Below, one piece after another: positions 55,828 through 64,000 of a stretch of DNA of 64,000 bases. Position 1 is the first letter of the stretch. Each line of letters begins with the position of its first letter. The position numbers were made by a program, and so were the translations under genes. The stretch is from Planctomycetota bacterium (lineage in GTDB: Bacteria; Planctomycetota; Phycisphaerae; UBA1845): assembly GCA_016208685.1 (NCBI GenBank), contig JACQXM010000053.1, forward strand, positions 93,957-157,956, in the 5' to 3' direction. A model generated the notes under the pieces. That model worked only from the letters and a program-made list of their open reading frames with translations. It was not told the DNA's origin and did no database searches.

Positions 55828-57696
55828 ATGTCGCGACAGGGGACCACACCACGCTCGGTCGGCGGACCCATCACCGGACCGCTCGCCCGCGCCGACGCCA
55901 ACGGCGCCGACGATGGGCGGCCCTTCGCTGAAATACGCAAGAACCTTCAGGACGCGCTACGCATCGTCTCCCTGCACCGCTGGGCGTTCTTCGTGCCCTG
56001 CTGCCTGGTCTCCAGCGGGGCGTTCATCCTGAGCCTCTACTATCCACGCACCTACACCGCGAGCACGGTCTTCGAGCGGCGGAACGACCCCATCATGGTT
56101 GATTTGCCCAACGCCGCCGGCACCGCCTCGTTCAAGTACTTCCGCAGCACCATGGAACGCGATATCACCTCCACGCCCAACATGCTGGACGTGGTCGACG
56201 GGCTGGGATTGGTATCGGACGTACCGCCCGACTCAAATGGCGAGCCCGCCTCGGCGGCCCTCGAAAAGCGCGGCGCCCTGGCGCGCTCCCTGGCGGCGAC
56301 CGTCAGCGTCTCCACCAGCTCCCCCAGCGAGCACGTCGACATCGTGCGCCTTACCTACACCGGTCCCGATCCGCGGATCGGCGCGAAACTCCTCGACGAG
56401 GTCAAGAAGACCTACATCCGGCGGACCATGGTCTGGATCCGTGAATTCCTCCAAAGCCAGCGCGACTACTTCGACCGGGCGCTGGCCGATGCCGGCGAGG
56501 TACTCAAGGCCGCGCAGCGCGAGGAGGCTCGCCTGCGTCTGGAGAGCCCCCACGTCAATCCGGAGGATCCCGGCGCCATTCCCACGCGGCTGGATCAACT
56601 GGAAATCGAACGCCGCGAACTGCTCCTGCGCCGTCGAGAGCTGGAGGCGGACCTCGCCGCCCTGCAACAACTGCTCTTCGCCGCTGATACCGCCCCGCCG
56701 GCGATTTACAGCGCCGCCTCGCCGGCCGCGCCCGCGGAATGGCAGAGCCCCCAGACCGCGCATCTGATGGAGCAACTCCGCAAGATCAACGCCGAAATCG
56801 AACGCCTGCGCGCCGCCCGGGGCATGACCGACGAGCACCCCGAAATGCGCGAGATGATCGCGTCGCTTCGATGGCACGAGTCGGAACTCGCCCAACAGCG
56901 CGAGGCGGACCTGACGCTGGCCGCGCCCGCCGAGTGCCAGGAGCCGGACCCCCAGGGCCGCGTCATCGCCGCCCTGACTCCCGCCGGCGGCGCTACGCGC
57001 AGCGAACGCACCCGACTGGCACTCCAGATCGGTACCCTGGAAGCGAAGATCAAAGACATCGACATCAGCCTGCAAACCACCGAGCTCGCCACCCGGCAGT
57101 TGCAGACCGCCAAGACCGAAGTGTATCAACGCCTGGGCGAGTTCTCCGATGCCATCGCCGGCGTGGCTCGAGCGCGGCAGCGCTACAACGAACTCGCCGC
57201 GACCCTGGCGCGAATCGACCCCGCCATCAAGGCCATCGAACAGAACCGGTTGCTCCAGTTCTCCGAGGGCGAACCGGCACGCGGCTCGTTCGTGCCCGTC
57301 AACCCCAAGGCCACCACCATCATCCTGTTGGCCCTGCTTTCAGGCGTCGCGGCGGGCGCGCTTTTCGTCGTGCTGGCGGAAGTGATGGACCACGTTTACC
57401 GCAGCTCCGGCCAGGTGGCACGCAGCCTCGGGCTGCCCATCCTCGAAACCATCGATGTGATTATCACCTCGCGCGACCGGCGCCGGCTGCTGATCGAGCA
57501 AACCGTGGTGGCGCCGCTCATTCTGGCCGGCTTCCTCTCGCTGTCAGCATTCACCGGCACCATGGCCTACCTGAGCATTCAACGCCCCTGGACCTTCCAG
57601 CGGATTCGCGAATTCCCCCAGGCCGCCATGCGCCTGTTCGCCGCCGCCACCGCGCGCCACGTCGACGACCAGCCGCCGGCCGCCAGCGCGCTTTAG
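55828..57696 (+). CDS. Polysaccharide co-polymerase (Wzz/GumC-like)
   Basis: TM..YPRTYTAST, coiled coil with TDEHPEM, TM then MDHVYRS....RSLGLPIL. Confidence 0.85.
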   Translation: MSRQGTTPRSVGGPITGPLARADANGADDGRPFAEIRKNLQDALRIVSLHRWAFFVPCCLVSSGAFILSLYYPRTYTASTVFERRNDPIMVDLPNAAGTASFKYFRSTMERDITSTPNMLDVVDGLGLVSDVPPDSNGEPASAALEKRGALARSLAATVSVSTSSPSEHVDIVRLTYTGPDPRIGAKLLDEVKKTYIRRTMVWIREFLQSQRDYFDRALADAGEVLKAAQREEARLRLESPHVNPEDPGAIPTRLDQLEIERRELLLRRRELEADLAALQQLLFAADTAPPAIYSAASPAAPAEWQSPQTAHLMEQLRKINAEIERLRAARGMTDEHPEMREMIASLRWHESELAQQREADLTLAAPAECQEPDPQGRVIAALTPAGGATRSERTRLALQIGTLEAKIKDIDISLQTTELATRQLQTAKTEVYQRLGEFSDAIAGVARARQRYNELAATLARIDPAIKAIEQNRLLQFSEGEPARGSFVPVNPKATTIILLALLSGVAAGALFVVLAEVMDHVYRSSGQVARSLGLPILETIDVIITSRDRRRLLIEQTVVAPLILAGFLSLSAFTGTMAYLSIQRPWTFQRIREFPQAAMRLFAAATARHVDDQPPAASAL

Positions 57697-57796
57697 GTCG
57701 AATCGCCGCCCGGCGCACCTGGTGTCGCACGATGGCACCTGCGCATCCGGTTGCGCCGAAAGCGCAACGCGGAAGGTGGACTCCGCCTTGCCGCAT

Positions 57797-58080
57797 TGCC
57801 TGCCCACGCCCTTACGGTCGCGGCTCTGTTCCCCCGTGCGTTCGTGGCTTGCAGTTTCCCCAACAGCATGGCGGCGCTGCGCTTGGCCATGATACCCTGC
57901 GCGTGGCCATGGCACCCTGCCGACCTCAGGTTCGCCATTCGCCATTGCATTCGCCGTTCGACATTCGCAGCCTTGGATCACCGCCCAAGGCGGCCCTAGC
58001 AGTTCGTAGCGAAAAGCGGCCTACGCGATGTGGCACGGGCCTCCCGCCCGCGAAACCATGGGCTGGAAGCCCGTGCCACG
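57797..58080. repeat. Composite REP-like element, ATTCGCC heptamers and inverted REP pair
   Basis: Reverse copy of the 49.5 kb element; attcgcc runs at 57931-57968; gtggcacgggc...gcccgtgccac at 58029-58079. Confidence 0.85.
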
Positions 58081-58151
58081 AGTTTCGCCACAGGCTGCCA
58101 GACCACCGCGCGCGGCCCTTGCGTGAGTTGGCCCGCCCCGCCGAGCTTGCG

Positions 58152-58718
58152 TCAGGACGCGCCGCCGCTGCTTTCAACCGGTTGTAGTTTTGGAAACAGC
58201 TCGTCGAGCGTCTTGTTCCAACGCTCGAGCTGCTTCTTGTGGACTTCGAAGAAGGCCGAGAGGTCTCCCTCAACGGTCACCTTGTCCATGCGATCGCCCT
58301 GCTGGACGTTGTCCACGATCTCCTGGCCGGACACCACCTTGCCGAAAACCGTGTGCTTGTCATCCAGCCAGGGCGTGGGGACGTGCGTAATGAAAAACTG
58401 GCTGCCGTTGGTGCCGGGCCCGGCGTTGGCCATGGAAAGCGTTCCCGGCGAATCATGGCGCAGCTTGCGGCTGGATTCGTTCTTGAACTGGTACCCCGGC
58501 CCGCCGCGCCCACTGCCCGTGGGGTCTCCCCCCTGGATCATGAAGCTGGCTATGACGCGGTGGAACGTCAGGCCGTCGTAATAGCCGCGCCGCGCCAGAT
58601 TGACGAAGTTCAGCACCGTCAGCGGCGACTCCTCGGGAAACAGCCGCATGCGGATCGCGCCGCGGTTCGTGGTGATCACCGCGAACAAATCTGTCGACTT
58701 GGCGGGGTCGTCTCCCAT
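58152..58718 (-). CDS. Cyclophilin-type peptidyl-prolyl isomerase
   Basis: [42 protein letters not shown]. Confidence 0.96.
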   Translation of the reverse strand: MGDDPAKSTDLFAVITTNRGAIRMRLFPEESPLTVLNFVNLARRGYYDGLTFHRVIASFMIQGGDPTGSGRGGPGYQFKNESSRKLRHDSPGTLSMANAGPGTNGSQFFITHVPTPWLDDKHTVFGKVVSGQEIVDNVQQGDRMDKVTVEGDLSAFFEVHKKQLERWNKTLDELFPKLQPVESSGGAS

Positions 58719-59149
58719 CTCAGGGTCTCTCCACTCGCCGCCACGCCGACGGGTCCGTCGGCGCCGACCGTCGGGCGAGACACGGTCCGGCGCGGGGGTA
58801 TTGTTGAACACCCCGCCGCGGTTGCCAAGACTTTTTCTGAAATTCATCGCCCGCGCATCGGAAGGAGGTCGAGCCGGGCGGTCCCCGGCTGCCCGGACCT
58901 CTCCGGAATCGTCACCAGGGGATCGGCCGGGGCCCCGTTGCATCAGGGCCTGTCGATTCACTCGCCGGCGCGGAGCCAGGATGTCGAAGTCCACCGGGCA
59001 TGTGCTCGCACGTGCCGGTACGCGTTGGCTCCCGCAACAGGGGAGTCGACGACGGCCGAAACGCCATCGCCCACCGCGCCGGCGGGAGGCGCGGTTTCGC
59101 GCGCCAACCACGCACGGCGGCAACGCCGGTTGCCCGGGAAACCAGAACC

Positions 59150-59272
59150 TGGAATCTGAAATCTGGAGGCTGGGGGCTGGGGGCTGGGGGCTGGGGGCTG
59201 GAGTCGGGGGTCGGGTGTCTGGAGTTCGAACTCTGGAGTCGGGAATCTGAAATCTGAAATCTCAAATTCGAG
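59150..59272. repeat. Heptamer tandem repeats
   Basis: (GGGGGCT)n flanked by (AATCTGA)n runs. Confidence 0.85.
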
Positions 59273-59610
59273 ATCGTCATCGGCGCGCGTCGCGCCACCA
59301 GGCGCATTACAGAACGTCGTGCCATACCGCCGTCGCCGCGGCGCCGACTGTTGCGCCGTGGCGACGGAAGAGAGTCACGGTGCGCAATGGCGCCAGCGTT
59401 CCATCCGCTCCGCCACCCCCGCCGGGGCGGCCGGGGGCACCCGGGTCACGCCACGATCCGGCGAGAGCCCATTCCCACGAGTAGCCCGCCCACCGAGGCC
59501 TTGCGTACGTCGCGAACCGCGTCTACCTTGCCGCCGTCGACACACGGAAGCGAGATGCGACCGCGGCGCCGGCCGGAGTCGGCGCCAGACAACTGGGATG
59601 AAGCGTCGCG

Positions 59611-59829
59611 GTGATCGAGAAAGCACTGCTGGACATTCTGGCTTGTCCGCTCACGCACGCCGCGCTTGTCCAGGTAGGCGAGGATTGGTTATATTCCACC
59701 GATCGCGCCACCCGGCGGAAGTACCCGATTCGCGACGGCATTCCCATTCTCCTGATCGAGGAGGGAATCGCGATCGACGTTGCGGAGTACGAGTCGGCGA
59801 TGGCGAACGCGGCCGCGCGGACCGGGTAG
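59611..59829 (+). CDS. Trm112-family protein
   Basis: LLDILACPLT, YPIRDGIPILL. Confidence 0.9.
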   Translation: MIEKALLDILACPLTHAALVQVGEDWLYSTDRATRRKYPIRDGIPILLIEEGIAIDVAEYESAMANAAARTG

Positions 59830-59985
59830 CTGCGTCGGGGCACCCGGCGGATGTGATCCATCCGGCGATGGACCTGCCAGGCGGCGTCGCCGGGAGCGAT
59901 CCCCTGGCCGAGAGGGGTGCCGCGAGACCTGGAACTGGCATACAGCATAGGAGACTCTGACATCAAGCCGAACCACACCAAGGAA

Positions 59986-60237
59986 ATGCCGCAGCAGAAG
60001 AAGCGGGACACGGACACCTACCACACCACGCAGCGGTTCCCGGAGCGGACCGGCGCTGACTGGGTCGGGCGGTTGGTGGACTACAAGGAACTCGACCTGC
60101 TGCGCAAGTTCCTCACCTCCAGCCACAAACAGATGTCGCGCAAACGCGCCGGCACCAACGCCCAGGAGCAGAAGGCGATGAAAAGCGCCATCAAGCACGC
60201 ACGCTTCCTGGCACTGATCCCGTACCACGGCACCTGA
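59986..60237 (+). CDS. rpsR: 30S ribosomal protein S18 (Cys-free form)
   Basis: VDYKELDLLRKFLT, AIKHARFLALIPY; AAGGA ribosome-binding site. Confidence 0.88.
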   Translation: MPQQKKRDTDTYHTTQRFPERTGADWVGRLVDYKELDLLRKFLTSSHKQMSRKRAGTNAQEQKAMKSAIKHARFLALIPYHGT

Positions 60238-60289
60238 CCGCTGCCGCGGCGTTCGACAGTACTCCGCCCGTCGCCGTAGGGAAACTAAC

Positions 60290-60808
60290 GTGGACGTTCG
60301 CGCAGCGCTCAAGAGCCAGTACCACGCCGCGCTGGCCATGCTCCGGCAGGCGGTGGAGCATTGTCCCGATGACTTGTGGAACGAGGGGCCGAATCCGGCA
60401 CCTTTTTGGCAAGTGGCCTACCACACGCTCTTCTTCACGCATCTCTACCTGCAAACAAACGAAGCCTGCTTCCGGCCCTGGGACCAACATCGCGAGGGTC
60501 ACGAGGACCTCCCCTGGCCGCCCGACAGCGGTCGCGCCATCCCTACGCCGTACACCAAAGATCAGGTCCTCGATTACTGGCGCTTCTGCTCCGCCGCCGT
60601 GGACGCCGCCGTCGACACACTCGATCTCGCCTCATCCCAATCCGGCTTCTCCTGGCACAAGACCATGACCAAGCTGGAACATCAGATTCAGAACATCCGG
60701 CATATCCAACACCATGCAGCCTTCCTCTCGGCGCGCCTGCGCGCCCGGACCGACGTCGAGGTCCGCTGGGTCCGTCGCAACCAGGAATCCTACTGCCCCG
60801 AGGCGTAG
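60290..60808 (+). CDS. DinB-family protein
   Basis: CPDDLW, FWQVAYHTLFF, NIRHIQHH. Confidence 0.85.
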   Translation: MDVRAALKSQYHAALAMLRQAVEHCPDDLWNEGPNPAPFWQVAYHTLFFTHLYLQTNEACFRPWDQHREGHEDLPWPPDSGRAIPTPYTKDQVLDYWRFCSAAVDAAVDTLDLASSQSGFSWHKTMTKLEHQIQNIRHIQHHAAFLSARLRARTDVEVRWVRRNQESYCPEA

Positions 60809-61029
60809 GGTCCGCGGACCGCGCCAACCAGGCGTCGTGCGCCGGCCTGGCGCCCGGTTTTGGGACGATGCGGAGGGTGTCCCCGGACCGACGGACTGAC
60901 GGACCGACCCGGCCCAGAGAAAACGCGTACGGTTCGCAAACGAATCTGGTATGCTCAGGCCTCATGCCGTCGAGCTGAAAACCCGGAATGTCGGCGGCCC
61001 GCCAATTGGCGACTCTGGAGGGGGCAGAA

Positions 61030-63327
61030 ATGCGAACGCACGTGAGGTCGGCCGGCGCTGGAGCGCGGCCACAGATCGGGCAAAGCGACGGACCGCGCAC
61101 GGATCCTCCGCGCCGTCGATGCCCCATCGGGAAACGCGTGGCTACGCTGGTGCTCGCCGCCGTCGTGATCGTCCCAGCGTCTGCCGCGGGGGCGGGCCAG
61201 CCATCGATCGCCCGGCAGTGGAACGAGGAACTGCTCAGCGCCATACGTCGCGACTTCGCGCGGCCCACGGTCCATGCGCGCAACCTCTTCCACGTGTCCC
61301 TGGCCATGTGGGATGCCTGGGCGGCGTATGATCCGCTCGCCGACACGTTCCTCGTTTCGGAGCATGCCTTCGCGGCGGATGTCGCGACGGCGCGCGACGA
61401 GGCCATTAGTTTCGCGGCCTATCGGGTGCTGCGGGCTCGCTTCGCCGCCTCGCCGGGCGCCGCGCTGTCACTGGCCTCCTTTGATGCCCGAATGGCGGCA
61501 CTCGGCTACGACAGGAACTTCACGTCGACGCTGGGCGACTCACCGGCGGCGCTGGGGAACCGCATCGCCGGAGCGGTGCTGCAATTCGGCTACGCCGACC
61601 ACTCCAACGAGCTGCTGGGATACGCCAACCAGTATTACCTCCCGGTGAACCCGCCGCTGATCCCGCCGCTTGCCGGCAACCCCGGCATCGTCGACGCAAA
61701 CCGCTGGCAGCCGCTGGCATTGGATTACTTCATCGACCAGGCGGGCAATCCGATTCCCGGCGGGTTTCCTCCGGCGCTGAGCCCGGAGTGGGGCCAAGTA
61801 ACCCCCTTTGCCCTCTCCGCGGACGACCGCACCATCTACCACCGTGACGGATTCGACTACTGGGTGTACTACGATCCCGGCCCGCCACCGTTGATCGGCG
61901 GCGTGGGTGACGAATACTACAAATGGGGCTTCGAGCAGGTGGTGATCTGGAGCAGCCACCTGGACCCCACCGACGGCGTGATGTGGGATATCTCGCCGGC
62001 GTCGCGCGGCAACTCACCGCTCCCCGACCCCGCGGACTACCAAACCTTCTACGACCTGCTCGACGGCGGCGACACCAGTACCGGATACCTGGCCAACCCC
62101 GTCACCGGCCAACCCTATCCACCGAATGTGGTGCCGCGCGGTGACTTCGCACGCGTGCTGGCGGAGTTCTGGGCCGACGGTCCACAGTCCGAGACGCCTC
62201 CCGGGCACTGGTTCGTGGTTCTCAACTACGTGTCGGATCATCCGATGTTCGAGAAGCGTTTCGGCGGAACCGGCCCGCTTGTCGACGATCTCGAATGGGA
62301 CGTCAAATGCTACCTGGCGCTGGGTGGCGCCATGCATGACGTGGCCGTGACCGTCTGGGGCCTCAAAGGGTGGTACGACTACATTCGGCCGATCTCCGCA
62401 ATCCGCTATATGGCAGACCTCGGCCAGTGCTCCGACCCCGCGCTGCCTCGGTTCCACCTCCAGGGCATTCACTTGTACCCGGGCATGATCGAAATGGTGA
62501 CGGCCGCGTCCAGCGCGCCCGGAGGCCGTCACGCGCACCTCGCGGGAAACATCAACAAGATCGCGGTCAAGGCCTGGCGTGGACCGTCGGAAATCAGCAA
62601 CCCCGCGAACGATGTGGCGGGCGTGGGTTGGATCCTGGCGGAGGACTGGTGGCCGTACCAGCGGCCGACGTTCGTGACCCCGCCGTTTCCCGGCTATACC
62701 TCCGGGCATAGCGCCTACAGCCGCGGCGCCGCAGAGGTCCTTACGCTGCTCACCGGAAGCCAGTACTTCCCCGGCGGACTGGGCGAATTCCATTGCCCGC
62801 AGAACCAATACCTGGTCTTCGAGGACGGACCGAGTGTGCCCATCACGTTGCAGTGGGCCAGCTACTACGATGCCGCGGACCAGTCCGCGCTTTCCCGCAT
62901 CTGGGGCGGCATTCACCCCGGACAAGACGACCTTCCTTCGCGCCTGCTGGGCGCCATCGTCGGACCCAACGCCTTTGCCTATGCCGTACGGCTCTTCACC
63001 GGTGCCGCGGGAGCTTGCATCGATGGGAACGACGAACTGGACACCGACGCCGACCAGGTGGCCGAGGCGTGCGACGCCTGCCCCGAGACGATTCCCGCCG
63101 TGGCCGTCGACGCCGCGGGCTGCCCCCCGGCCGTTGTCGGCGACCACAACCGCGACGGCGACGTTGATCTGCGCGATATCTCGAACCTGCTGGTGTGTTT
63201 CGGAAGTGGCGCCGCTGGTGCCTGCGCGCGGTTCGACGGCAATACCGATCAGCAGATCACCACGGACGATTGGCCGCTGATACGGGACGTGTGCAACGGG
63301 CCCAACGTGCCCGCGACCGCTCGATAA
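61030..63327 (+). CDS. Secreted vanadium haloperoxidase-like (PAP2 superfamily) protein with C-terminal dockerin-like domain
   Basis: KGWYDYIRP, PPFPGYTSGHS, SRIWGGIH; GDHNRDGDVDLRD and DGNTDQQITTDD. Confidence 0.85.
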   Translation: MRTHVRSAGAGARPQIGQSDGPRTDPPRRRCPIGKRVATLVLAAVVIVPASAAGAGQPSIARQWNEELLSAIRRDFARPTVHARNLFHVSLAMWDAWAAYDPLADTFLVSEHAFAADVATARDEAISFAAYRVLRARFAASPGAALSLASFDARMAALGYDRNFTSTLGDSPAALGNRIAGAVLQFGYADHSNELLGYANQYYLPVNPPLIPPLAGNPGIVDANRWQPLALDYFIDQAGNPIPGGFPPALSPEWGQVTPFALSADDRTIYHRDGFDYWVYYDPGPPPLIGGVGDEYYKWGFEQVVIWSSHLDPTDGVMWDISPASRGNSPLPDPADYQTFYDLLDGGDTSTGYLANPVTGQPYPPNVVPRGDFARVLAEFWADGPQSETPPGHWFVVLNYVSDHPMFEKRFGGTGPLVDDLEWDVKCYLALGGAMHDVAVTVWGLKGWYDYIRPISAIRYMADLGQCSDPALPRFHLQGIHLYPGMIEMVTAASSAPGGRHAHLAGNINKIAVKAWRGPSEISNPANDVAGVGWILAEDWWPYQRPTFVTPPFPGYTSGHSAYSRGAAEVLTLLTGSQYFPGGLGEFHCPQNQYLVFEDGPSVPITLQWASYYDAADQSALSRIWGGIHPGQDDLPSRLLGAIVGPNAFAYAVRLFTGAAGACIDGNDELDTDADQVAEACDACPETIPAVAVDAAGCPPAVVGDHNRDGDVDLRDISNLLVCFGSGAAGACARFDGNTDQQITTDDWPLIRDVCNGPNVPATAR

Positions 63328-64000
63328 GCCACGCAGGCGCCCTACGGCCGTGGCCAGAGGCCGCCAAGGTCGGATGCCGAATTCAGTATTGCGAAATCCA
63401 CCTTACGGGCTCCGTCTTCGCCGCAGCGAGTTCCCTGCCGTTCTCGGCACCACGAGAGTCGCATAGGGTGCGCGCGTGTCGCGTCGTGAGTCTGGCCGCT
63501 ACTTCGCGATTCGGCCGACTGACGGCGCCACCGCGCCCGCGCCTCTCCCGGCATGCACGCGGCCCGGAGGGCCGGCGAGCGTTGCCAGGGACTTACAGCC
63601 CCTGGGTCCGGCCCATTTTCGCGAGTGGCCCGGAGGGCGGGCGGAACCCGCCGTAGAGGGGCGGATCCGCCGAGTCGTTGCTGCGTCTCCGCGCTGCTGG
63701 TTGGCCTGGTTGCCTTTGTGCCCCGTCGCCGTCTTGCCTTGCTGCCGCGCCGACAGCGCGGCCCCGCGATGACTCGCCCCAGCACAAACGGACATGTAGC
63801 CGGATCAGGAAGGGCGGCGGGAACCCGGTCGGGGTGCACGCTACTTATTGGCCGCCCGTGCCATCACCCGTCCGGCGGCCGTGTGGTCGACACGGCGTCG
63901 TCGGGCACGGCGGGTCCTACGGGGCCCAGTCGCGAACCCACCCCGACTTGGGCCCCGTCGTTGCGGGTGGACCGCAAAGGGCGGCCGCGTGCACCGGTAA

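Noticed and set aside
63540..63680. Further REP-like palindromes (cccggagggc twice; ccagggacttacagccctgg)
   Set aside because: Only one locus in the window, so family status cannot be supported
63797..63845. SRP RNA-like hairpin (gtagc...gctac with CAGGAAGG)
   Set aside because: Lacks the conserved CAGG-GNRA-AGCAG helix 8 pattern

Overview
High-GC bacterial chromosome segment, probably from a Planctomycetota (Phycisphaerae-like) genome. That assignment is inferred from dockerin-like C-terminal domains, 'ITDAGL' leucine-rich repeats, a CxxC..CPECG membrane zinc-ribbon protein and the REP-like repeats. Core genes: an RRM RNA-binding protein, a partial nuoABC operon, a polyhydroxyalkanoate cluster (phaR, phasin-like gene, phaA, phaE, class III phaC, SDR reductase), an MBOAT/SGNH O-acyltransferase pair, ubiX/ubiE, a PAS-GGDEF cyclase, two DUF697 GTPases, moaC, DUF502-hpf-ptsN-ptsH, two amidohydrolases, an acyl-CoA dehydrogenase, SBP56/methanethiol oxidase, DinG, EPS genes, a cyclophilin, a Cys-free S18 and a vanadium haloperoxidase-like protein. 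Conflict or defence-like modules are scattered between them: a KAP NTPase-LRR fusion (NLR-like layout), a type IIG restriction-modification enzyme, an MNT-HEPN toxin-antitoxin pair, an ABC-ATPase + TOPRIM pair and a DUF6932-like nucleotidyltransferase pair. The last two sit directly after a housekeeping gene and are followed by a second copy of that gene's 3' end (clear for the acyl-CoA dehydrogenase, weak for nuoB), with no integrase in the window. Other notable signals are a BPI/LBP-like secreted protein, a candidate 6S-like ncRNA, and mosaic REP/heptamer repeats that sometimes enter coding frames. I saw no tRNA, rRNA, CRISPR array or transposase. All family calls come from motif recognition by eye, not database searches.
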